Below, piece after piece: positions 26,610 through 37,722 of a DNA stretch of 64,000 nt. The stretch comes from the human T2T-CHM13v2.0 reference genome, Homo sapiens: the NCBI RefSeq assembly GCF_009914755.1, contig NC_060931.1. One strand, given 5' to 3'. A model generated the notes under the pieces. That model did not search any database, was not told the DNA's origin, and saw only the letters and a list, made by a program, of their open reading frames with translations. A program made the translations under genes and the position numbers. Every line of letters starts with the position of its first letter. Position 1 is the stretch's first letter.

Positions 26610-28800
26610 TTTGACATAAATTATTTGGGGTATCTGAATGGTCTAAATAGCAGAATCTCCCAGTAGGTACTCCATACATTTCTCCAAACTCTGTGTAGAA
26701 AATATTTTATTATGACAGTAAAAAGGAAGAAAACAAATAGAAGTACAAGGAATCTTTATAGGTTTCCCTTGAAGGAAGTTTCTCATGTATAGAGTATTAC
26801 CTAGGAAAACAAACCTGAAATATCTGGGGTGTCTAAGAGTATCTTTGTGGTGTTATAAAGTATGTTAAAAGTATGAATTAATTTGTATGCCAATAATATC
26901 TTGGTGTATTCCTGAGTTAAGGGCGACAAGTCCAGTAGTTATGGTGTAAAGGGCATGGACTAATATTCAGTAAGGTATCTGCAAAGTTAGGAGTAATCAA
27001 GGTGAAAGGGACAGTTGTGGTGCTCATGGTCTGAGATGTTCTATGGGGGGTTATGGTGGAAAGCTGGAGTGGGGTTTAAGAGAAGGAGCTGTGGAGTGGG
27101 AAATTCTCTCTTCATGGGGCCGAGGAGTGGACTGATATGAGGCAGTTAGTTCCTGGAGAAAGCAGTAATCTTGATCAACTTTTAGAATGGCACAGATAGT
27201 AGTAATGGCTACAAGATTTCCCTTTAGGCTTGAGAGTGTAGGAATGCATATTTTGGAAGAGTGCAGGGATTAAGGGCTAAGGAAACAGTGAGCTCAGAGA
27301 ATACAATAGAATCTGAAATAGCAGAGGAAGAAAAGCAATAAATGCCCCGTCTCTAATTTGTCTGCATCTTAGGAGGGGCAGTCCATGGGAATTGCTGAGG
27401 CAGTGTTCTCAGTGTACAGGATGCAGTCTTCTCCGGCAGCAAGCTCCTGGGCCGAGAAGATGTTATCTAGGCTGTGGAACTGGGGTATCTTTCTCAAACT
27501 GATAACCATTCAGTCCTTGTGGATCACATTTTTGTGGTTCTATAGTATAACGAGTCTGAACTACCTATGAAACTTGAAGGAAATTTTTGACCTGGGAGCT
27601 TGACTTGAAATTATCTTTTAAGTCAAGGGGCCTTTGGGTACAGATGGTGCCGGCATCTCAGATACGGTAGTAATTGGAGCACAGTGCCAAACCTGTCTGG
27701 CATAATTAAAGTGCCAATTATTGGTAACTGAATCTAAAGGCCCCTAACGCTCCATGTTTTTCCCAGATAGATGAGGAGGGGGTTTTGATACAAATATGTT
27801 TTAAATCATATGGCCTGATTTTGGTTCATGTGGTTAATATGGTGTGAAGTTGCTTGCCAATTAAAATACCTGTGGCTATGAGTAGAGCTGCAACATTAGC
27901 CTGTAGGCAGGCCCTCCAATTTCACCAATTACTATGGATCCTTTGCATCAGACAGGGTTTGGAAAATGTTATTGTAAAATATGGCACCTTGGCATTTGAC
28001 AAAAGAGCAGAAGCAGGCCCTAGAAACTAGAAAGAATCCCCCTAGCTATCCTGAAGCAGGCCATAAAACCCAGCTTGTCTTTCCCTTAAAATAGATTATA
28101 ATACTCTCATTCCAGAGGGGTCTTCCTTCTACCCAGAGAGGGGAAAAACGTCCTTAACCCTGAAGACACAAAGACACAGAGAAGAATCTGAACACCAGGC
28201 CTTGATGAATTTCCTCCCCAATTTATTACCATTACTTCATACCCCTTTTCATCCAATTATCTACTTCATCCACAACTATCTACTTCTTCTTCAGACTTAT
28301 CATAATATGTACAGAGTTTACCTCATTTTTCTGAGCCTTTATTTTCTGAACACTTTCATGTAACATAAAGCATATTAAATAAAAATGTTTATGCTTTTTT
28401 CTTGTTAGTTTTTTTTTTTTTAAATCACTTTTTCTTCCTTCCGCATCAGTTGTTCGTTTGTTTGGTGAAGGACAAGCTGGTGAGGCCTTTGGGCTTCATT
28501 AGCCAAATTCAATATTTGCCATATTTGGTTAAAACAATGACCTGGAAAGTTTAAGTCTGTGTATCACAAGTCAATGAAAGTACCCAAACTGAGAGTGACC
28601 AGACTAATAGCCTACGGAATGGTGTGCAGTTAGATTTGACAGAGTTTTGCTGCTTGATGTCGCTTTTCCTCTGTCGTATGTTATTAGCGAGGAGGGTTGG
28701 TCTGGTTTTCTCATTATGAAATATGGTGTTAATTCCATTATTATGTCTGAAGATAATTTTAATTTACTAAGTTGAGTTTTTTGTTTTCCTTCTGTGTAGT
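26610..28800 (-). pseudogene. Decayed env-like ORF of the provirus, interrupted by a MER34-type LTR
   Basis: Lies between IN and the PPT. C-terminal TM segment RFLVLLFVFFLFTVIIKYFLHR with a short tail, upstream Cys-containing block, and a frame that continues across the excised MER34 insertion. Confidence 0.6.
27952..28445 (+). mobile_element. MER34/MER39-family ERV1 solo LTR
   Basis: aaaatatggcaccttggcatttga...agagaagaatctgaac...aggccttg...tttattaccatta. 4-bp TSD TCAG at 27948-27951 and 28446-28449. Confidence 0.8.
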
Positions 28801-29179
28801 CTACACTGTCTGTAGGATTGGCCCTGGAGCACTAATTTTAATTTTATGGAGGGATGAGAAGGAGAACCCAGATTAATTATCCACCCCTTATAACCCAAAT
28901 ATTGAGGAAAGTATTTAGTGTGGTGGCAATTCAAGTTCAATTGGGTCCTATACTACATAGGCAGGTGTCTGGTCTGTGAGACAATCTATAGTTAATGGGT
29001 CTCAGGAGAGTATGTGTTGTCCATATGGCTTCCAGGCCTTATGAGCCAGAGTTACAACTGAAAATTTATAAACGAAAGAGCAGACATTATTGAGGGAACT
29101 CATAAAGAGTCTTCATATATATGGAGGTGAAACATATCACTCATTATATATAGGAATGGGCAAAAGGTAGGATTTTAAA

Positions 29180-30689
29180 AGTTGTATAAGGTGTAAAGTA
29201 GGCCAATGGGCCTTCAATTAAGATAGATGAAAGTCTGGGGCATGATATGGACCCATTTATAAGTCTATTTGTCATTTCACAACTTAAATATAAGTTCTCT
29301 GAGGAGCCCATTAGGCCTCTCAATTAAACCCTCGGTCTGAGGCCTATAGTGAAGATGAAAGTTCCATTGAATGCCTTTTCTAAGAGCCATTATTGGGTAT
29401 TCTGAGATGTGAGATGTATGCATTAGTAATGTCTGGAACTTTGAAGGGAATAAAAAACGTCCTGGTGAGGCTTTATGTTGTTGTCTTAGTATATGTGAAG
29501 ATACACGAGGACTTGATTTATAGTTTGGATTTCTGTGAGGCGAAATATCTCAGAACTCTTTATCCTGAAGAGAACAGCTCAGGAAATGGCCCAATAATTT
29601 GTAAAAATGTGCAGATGCGGTCATTTGTTGGCTAGGGCATTCAGTGCTAAAATGACTTTCTAAAGTTTGGCCAATTGTCCTGCCCATTATTAAGGAATTC
29701 TTGGTTAACTATGGAAAGCAGCAACATTCTACTGAGCTTCACCACTTACAATTGTTGTAATGCCATATGTTCAGTCTATGCAATCCCACAGCTATTCACT
29801 CAGTTAATCTCACTTAATTTATAGGTAGCCAAGGAGCTAGGCATCCAGCAACATGACATCTTGCAAGGAACTGAAGACAGACAAGGCCATTCTCTCCTGC
29901 AAGAGGAATATGCTAGAGGGCTCAGGTTCAGGTACATCCTGTACCAAGGACTACTCACTAGCCATGCTGAACTTGTGGGATGTTACTTCCATGATCCAGG
30001 TCATAATGGGCAGGATGGTATGCAGGGCTAAAGGCTTAGGGCCTTCAAGAGCTTCAATTTCCAACAGATTCCAGTATGTGGCCAGAAATTGCCACTCTAA
30101 TGGTGGATGTCTGAGAAGAAAAGTTTCTTGCATTGGAAGCCCATGGGCAATTTATGTCCATCATAGCTCGTTCAGAGACACCATGAGGCATGAGAGAACA
30201 CTATTAAAGCTTCCACAGTGAGGAAGCCTTTGAGGATACTAACAGGAATGTCTGTTGATTTTAATTTAGACAAAAAGATGTACTCATATTTCCAATAAGT
30301 GTGTGTCAAACAAATCTACTCAAGAGAAAGTGTCATACCTGTGTTCCTGGAGAAAGTTGGATGCAACTAAGATCTTACTTGCAAAGATGGCATGCAAAGA
30401 CAAATCTGTTGAGATATCCCATGCATAGGCTAGGGGATATTGTAATACCTTCAAAGGTGAAGGCAGACTACAGCTGAGAGACTGTTGAAATAAGGACCAA
30501 ACATAACATATTCATCAAATGTACAATAGAAAAATATTTACCAGCTGCTAATTTGACAAAGTTATTAATTTCAGTAATACTGAATTTTGGCTAGGGGGGC
30601 CTTAATGGATGGGACCTGAGCATTAAGATTGCAGTAAGACATTGCAATGTACTATTCATTTTTTCTAGGTTTAAGAATAGGCAAAACTG
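29180..30689 (-). pseudogene. ERV-L-class pol remnant: RT, connection domain, integrase; RNase H apparently deleted
   Basis: VLPILKP..AMSYCNLN (cf. IWPVQK..MTVDYRKLN), EWQFLATYWNLLEIE..LPIMTW..HK (cf. EKQLLACYWALVETE..LPIMNW..HK), GIQWNFHLHYRPQTEGLIERPNGLLR (cf. YHPQAAGLIERWNGLLK). Confidence 0.88.
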
Positions 30690-31460
30690 AACCCCACGCT
30701 TCCTGGACATAAATCGTGATGCAGTGAGACCCTCTACACTCCACACCCAGGCAGATCTCCAGGTATTCAGAGCATAAGCTCACCTGGATCAGCAGCCTAA
30801 GCTGTCCTACCCTTCCTGTGAAGAGATCCTGGTGCAGGGCGTGGTGTGGCATGGTGGGGGAGCGGGCTCTCTGCTACATGCCCAGGCAGATCTCCATGCA
30901 TTCAGAACACCTGTCTGCCTGATTCACCAACCTAAGTCACCTCCACTCCTGTGCAGAGATCTTGCTGCAGGGGAACCCTCTTCACTCCACACCCAGGCAG
31001 GTCTTCAAGCATTTAGAGTACCCACTCACCTGGTTCAGCAAGCTGACCTGTCCCAACTTTCTCATGCAGAAATCCTGATGCAGAAAGGCATTCTCTACTT
31101 AATACCCCGGCAGATTTCCAGACATTCAGAGCACCCACTCATCTGGTTCAGCAGTCTAAGCCACTCCACTCCTCCTGAACATTGATTGTGGTACAGCAAG
31201 GCCCTATCTGCTCCACACCCAGGCAGATCTCCAGGCATTCAGAAAACCTCCTGGCCTGGTTCAACAGCCTGAGTTGCCCCACCAGTCCTGTGTAGACATC
31301 TTGGTGCAGTAGGTCCCTCTCTGCTCCACGCCCAGGGAGATCTCCAGGCATCTGGAATGCCCACTCTCCAGGATTAGAAATTTAATATATCCTCATCCTC
31401 TTGCAGAGAACTTGAGCCCAAGGAGGTTTCCCAGCTCCATGCATAGACATACTTCCGGGT
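30690..31460 (+). repeat. Tandem array of ~112-113 bp GC-rich monomers forming the L1 5'UTR
   Basis: Anchor cccaggcagatctccaggcattcag recurs, with cccag ending at about 30750, 30885, 30996, 31110, 31222 and 31335, plus partial flanking units. Confidence 0.9.
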
Positions 31461-32151
31461 GCTTGGTGGCCACCCACTGGCTTTTCCTTCTGTACAGGTA
31501 TTTGTGCCTGCCATGGGAGACCTTTAGGAGGACCTGCCAGATCTGGCTCTACCCATCATGGCCCCCCACACCCTCAGAGCTGAGCAAACGGCTCAGACCA
31601 CTGTGCATTATATGAATAAGCCCATTCTCTGAGACAACAGAGAGCTTATTCCAGTAAGCAGGGATCAAGTGTACACTCAACCATATAAGCTGCAGCCAGC
31701 TATTACCTGTACATGCTTTTTATTGGCTCATGCATTGAACTTCCCAGCCCAATATAATATCTGCTAAAAGAATTGCATAGTGCTATAGAAGCAAAACCAA
31801 AAGACCCTACTTAGCATTCTCTAGAGTTGCACCCTCTAGGGAGTGGGAAAGAAAAAAAAATATTACAGGAAAAGGGAGAAAAAGGAAAAAAAAATCTACC
31901 TGCACAAAAAGCAATTTAATAAATTAGAAGTGTGTCAGCATTTCCAGCTGACGAGGAACCAGTGCAAAACTTCTGGCACCATGAAAAATCTGAATGGTGT
32001 GATACCACAAAAGGGTCATAGTAGCTCTCCAGCAATGGTTCCTAAGCAAAACAGAAATTCAGAAATGACAGAGAAATAATTCAAAGCATGATTTGCAAGG
32101 AAGTTCAAGGAGATACAAAACAAAGTTGAAAGTCAACACAAAGAAACTTCT

Positions 32152-32921
32152 TTTTTTATTATTATTATACTTTAAGTTCTAGGTTACATGTGCACAATGT
32201 GCAGGTTTGTTACATATGTATACCTGTGCCATGTTGGTGTCCTGCACCCATTAACTCGTCACTTACATTAGGTATATCTCCTAATGCTATCCCTCCCCCT
32301 TCCCCTACCCCACGACAGGCCCCGGTGTGTGATGTTCCCCTTCCCCTGTCCATGTGTTCTCATTGTTCAGTTCCCACCTATGAGTGAGAACATGCAGTGT
32401 TTGGTTTTTTGGCCTTGCAGTAGTTTGCTGAGAATGATGGTTTCCAGCTTCATCCATGTCCCTACAAAGGACATGAACTCATCATTTTTTATGGCTGCAT
32501 AGTATTCCATGGTGCATATGTGCCACATTTTCTTAATCCAGTCTATCATTGATGGACATTTGGGTTGGTTCCGAGTCTTTGCTATTGTGAATAGTGCCAC
32601 AATAAACATACGTGTGCATGTGTCTTTATAGCAGCATGATTTATACTCCTTTGGGTATATACCCAGTAATGGGATGGCTGGGTCAAATGGTATTTCTAGA
32701 TCTAGATCCCTGAGGAATCGCCACACTGTCTTCCACAATGGCTGAACTCGTTTACAGTCCCACCAACAGTGTAATAGTGTTCCTATTTCTCCACATCCTT
32801 TCCAGCACCTATTGTTTCCGACTTTTTAATGCTCGCCATTCTAACTGGTGTGAGATGGTATCTCATGGTGGTTTTGATTTGCATTTCTCTGATGGCCAGT
32901 GATGATAAGCATTTTTTCATG
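32152..32921 (-). mobile_element. 5'-truncated L1PA4-like insertion inside ORF1 of the host L1
   Basis: Antisense ORF2 end and 3'UTR. Perfect 20-bp TSD GTCAACACAAAGAAACTTCT at 32132-32151 and 32922-32941. Confidence 0.96.
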
Positions 32922-34180
32922 GTCAACACAAAGAAACTTCTAAAGCGATCCATTAAATGAAGGAACAGATAAACATCTTAAGAAGAAATTATTCAGAACT
33001 TCTAAAATTGCAAGCTTACTTAAGGAACTTCAAAATACAATTGAAAGCTTTGTTAATAGACTGGACCATGCAGAAGAAATAATTTGAGACCTTGAAGACT
33101 GATTTTTGAACTAACTCAGCCATATAAAAATGTAGTACAAATAATTTTAAAAAGTGAACAAAGTCTTCAACAAATATGAGATTATGTAGAGCAATCAAAC
33201 CTACAAATTATTGACATTCTTGAGAGAGAAGAAGAAAAAGAAAATTAAAAAATATTTGAGGGAATAATTTAATAAAATTTCTCTATCTTGTTAGGGTGGT
33301 AAACATCCAGATACTATAAATCCAGAGACTATAAATCCAGAGAATACCTGCAAGATACTATACAAACAAACATCACAAAGGCATATAGTCACCAGACTGT
33401 CCAAGGTCAACAATAAAGAAAAAATCTTAAAGGCAGCTAGATAAAAAGTTAGGATCATATATAAAGGGAATCCTGTCAGGCTAACAGCAGACTTCTCACA
33501 AGAAACATTACAAGCCAGGAGAGATCATGGGCCTATTTTCAGCATTCTTGAAGCAAAGAAATTGCAACCAGTAATTTCATATAACAAAAATGAGATTCGT
33601 AAGCAAAGGAGAAATAAATTCCAAATTACTAAGATAATGTATTACCATTGGATCAGCCTTATGCAAGATCCTTAAGGAAGTTTTAAACATGCAAATGAAA
33701 TAATGATACCCACTACCACAAAAACAAACTTAAGCACATAGCCCACAGACCCTATAAAGCAACCACACAATGGAAATTACAAAGTGAACAGCTAACAACT
33801 ACATGACGCAATCAAATCCTCTCATAACAATATTAACTTTGAATAAAAGTGGTCTAAATGCCCCACTTAAAGGGCATAGAGTGGCAAGTTAAATTAAAAA
33901 AAATTTTTAAAAGACACATCAATCTGCTGTCTTCAAGTGACCCATCTCACACATAATGAAACTCATAGGCACTAAGTAAAGGATTGAAGAAAGTTTTACC
34001 AAGAAAATGGGAAACAAACAAATAAACAAAAAGTAGGGGTGACTATACTTAGATAAAAGAAAACTTTAAATCAAAAGTAAAAAAGAACAAAGAATGGCAT
34101 TAAATAATGATAAAGTGTTAAATTCAACTAAATATATATGCATCCAAAATTGGAGCACCCAGATTCTTTTAAAAAGTACT

Positions 34181-35800
34181 ATCTATTTTGTTAATCTTCT
34201 CAAAAAACCAGTTCCTGGGTTCACTGATTTTTTTGAAGGGCTTCTCGTTTCTCTATCTCCTTTAGTTCTGCTCTGATTTTAGTTATTTCTTGTCTTGTGA
34301 TAGCTTTTGGGTGTGTTTGCTCTTGCTTCTCTAGTTCTTTTAATTGAGATGTTAGGGTGTCGATTTTAGATTTTTCCCGCTTTCTCCTGTGGGCATTTAG
34401 TGCTATAAATTTCCCTCTAAACAGTGCTTTAGCTGTGTTCCGGTGATTCTGGTACATTGTGTCTTTGTTTTCATTGGTTTCAAAGAACTTATTTATTTCT
34501 GCCTGAATTTCGTTATTTACCCAGTAGTCATTCAGGAGCAGGCTGTTCAGTTTCCATGTAATTGTATGGTTTTCAGTGAGTTTCTTAACCCTGAGTTCTA
34601 ATTTGATTGCACTGTGGTCTGAGAGACTGTTTGTTATGATTTCCATTCTTTTGCATTTGCTAAGGAGTGTTTTACTTCCAATTATGTGGTCAAGTTTAGA
34701 ATAAGTGGCTATGTGGTGCTGAGAAGAATGTACATCCTGTTGATTTGGGGCAGAGCCAAAATTAAAAAATAGATCTAATTAAACTAAAGTGTTTCTGCAT
34801 AGCAAAAGAAACTATCATCAGAGTGAACAGGCAACCTACAAAATGAGAGACAATTTTTGCAATCTATCCATCGAAAAAGGGCTAATATCCAAAATCTACA
34901 AGAAACTTAAACAAATTTACAAAAGAAAAACAAAAAACTCCATCAAAAAGTGGGCAAAGATATGAACAGACACTTTTCAAAAGAAGACATTTATGTGGCC
35001 AGTAAACATATGAAAAAAAAGCTCATCATCACTGGTCATTAAAATAAATGCATATCACAACCACAATGAAATACCATCTCACTCCAGTTAGAATAGCTAT
35101 TATTAAAAAGTCAGGAAACAACAGATGCTGGAGAGGATGTGGAGAAATAAGAATGCTTTTACACTGTTGGTGGGAGTGTAAATTAATTCAACCATTATGG
35201 AAGACAGTGTGGTGATTCCTCAAGGATCTAGAATCAGAAATACCATTTGACCCAGCAATCCCATTACTGGGTATATACCCAAAGGATTATAAATCATTCT
35301 ATGATAAAAACACATGCACACGTATGTTTATTGCAGCACTATTCACAATAGCAAAGACTTGGAACCAACCCAAATGCCCATCAATGATAGACTGGATAAA
35401 GAAAATATGGCACATATACACCACAGAATACCATGCAGCCATAATAAAGAATTAGTTCATGTCCTTTGCAGGGACATGGGTGAAGCTGGAAACTATCATT
35501 CTCAGGAAACTAACACAGGAACAGAAAATCAATTACCACATGTTCTCACTCATAAGTGGGAGTTGAACAAGGAGAACACATGGACACAGGGAGGGGAACA
35601 TCACATACTGGGGCGTATCGGGGGTGGGGGGGCTAGGGGAAGGATAGCATTAGGAGAAAAACCTAATGTAGATGACGGGTTGATGGGTACACCAAACCAC
35701 CATGGCATGTGTATATGTATGTAACAAACCTGCAGGTTCTGCACATGTATCCCAGAACTTAAAGTATAATAAAAAAAAAGAACTATTAAAAAAAAAGAAA
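34181..35800 (+). mobile_element. L1PA7-like insertion with 5' inversion (antisense 34181-~34752, sense ~34753-35800)
   Basis: Antisense ORF2 EN-end peptide ([17 protein letters not shown]) joined to sense ORF2 C-terminus and L1PA7-type 3'UTR. TSD about AAA(C)AAGTACT at ~34171-34180 and ~35799-35809. Confidence 0.92.
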
Positions 35801-37332
35801 ACAAGTACTGCTAGATCTATGAAAATACTTTGACAGACAAACAATAATAGTGAGGAACTTTGAAACTCCAATGTCAGCCTTAGACTGATAATCTAGGCCG
35901 AAAACTGAAAAAGCAATTCTGGACTTAAACTCGACACTTGACCAATTAGACCTAATAGATATCTATCAAAAACTGCAATGACCAATGACATAATAGGTAT
36001 TTTTCTTCTCTGAAAATGGAACATGCTCCATGATTGATTCAACCATATCCTTGACTATAAAACAAGTCTCAATACATTCAAAAAAATAAAATTATGCCAA
36101 CCACACCCTTGGGCCACAGAGGAACAAATATAGAAATAGCCAGAAGATCTCCCCAAATCACAGAATTACATGGCATTGATCAACTCGCTTTTGAATGACT
36201 TTTGAGTAAACAAGAATAATAAGGCAGAAATCAAAAAGTTATTTGAAATAAATGAAAATGGAGACACAAGATACTAAAATATCTGGGTTGCAGCAAAAGC
36301 AATGTTGAGAGAAAAGTTTATAGCATTTTATATCTACCCAAAAAGTTAGGAAGACCTCTGATTAACAATCTAACACCACTCCCAGAGGAACTAGAAAAAC
36401 AAGAAAGAGGAAAAGAAAAAAAAAAAAGCTACCAGAAAAAAAAGGAATAACTGAAATTAACACAGAACTGAATGAAATCAGACCCAAAAGTCCATACAAA
36501 GAATCAACAAAACCAAAAGTTGGTACTTTGAAAGGATAAACAAGATTTTTATCTTGTATATCAAGATATTCTATCTTTTATATATTTTATCATGTATATC
36601 AGTGTATATCCTCTGAAAGGATATATACTGCTATATTCATTTACAAACAGAAAAAGAGAAAAGATTGAAATAAGCACAATCAGAAATGACAAAGAGCACG
36701 TTACCACTGACCACACAAAAAAACAAAAGGTCCTCTAAGTCTGTTACGAACACCTTTGCCCATACAAACTAGAAAATATAGAGAAAATGGATAAATTCCT
36801 GGAAATAGAATTTCCCAAGGTTAAATCAGGGAAAAATAGAAACCCTGAACAGACCAATTTCACATTCTAAAATTGAATAAGTATAAACACCCTGCCAACT
36901 AAAAAAAAGTTCTGGGCCAGATGGATTCACAGCTGAATTCTGCCAGACATACAAAGAAGACATGGTACTAATTCTACAGAAACTATTCCAAAAAATCGAG
37001 GAGGAGGGACTCCTTCCTAATTCATTCTGTGAAGTCAACATCATCCTGATACTAAAACCTGGCAAAGACACAACGAAGAAAGAAAACTATAGGCCAATAA
37101 CCCTGACGGACATAAATGCAAAAATCCTCCACAAAGTTCTAGCGAGCTGAATCCAACAGTACATCAAAAATTTCAATCATCATGATCAAACATGCTTCAT
37201 TCCTGGGATGCAAGGTTGTTTCAACATATGCAAATCAATAAATGTGATTGACCATACAAACAATTAAAACAAAAGCCATATGATCATCTTAATAGATGCA
37301 AAAAAAGCTTTCAGTAAAATCCAACATCCTTT

Positions 37333-37722
37333 TCATATGGTTTGGATTTGTGTCCCTGCCCAAAGCTCACGTCAAATTGTATTCTTCACTGTTGGAAACG
37401 GGGTCTGGTGAGAGGTGATTGGATCGTGGGGGTGGTTTCTAATGGGTTAGCACCATCCCCCTAGTGCAGTCTTGTGATAGAGTTCTCATGAGATCTGGCT
37501 GTTTAAAAGTGTGTGGCACCTCCCAGCTCTATCTCTCTTCCTCCTGCTTTGGCCACGTGAAGTGTCAGCTTCCCCTTCACCTTCTGCCATGATTGAAGCC
37601 AAATAGATGCTGCCATGCTTCCTGTACAGCCTGCAAAACCATGAACCAATTAAACTTGTCTTTGTCATAAATTATTCAGTCTCAGATATTTCTTCATAGC
37701 TATGTGAGAACAGACTAATGCA
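37333..37722 (+). mobile_element. MSTA-like MaLR solo LTR inside host L1 ORF2
   Basis: atatggtttgg...tgtgtccc...ccatgcttcctgtacagcctgc...gagaacagactaatgca. TSD CCTTT/CCTTG. Confidence 0.92.

Noticed and set aside
28900-29180. dUTPase after integrase, as in HERV-L
   Set aside because: No dUTPase motifs are legible; too decayed to call either way
30690-31460. CRISPR-like array
   Set aside because: The whole unit is repeated with no unique spacers, the context is a eukaryotic L1 5'UTR, and there are no cas genes
35605-35645. G-quadruplex motif
   Set aside because: Standard G-rich tract of L1PA 3'UTRs, not specific to this locus
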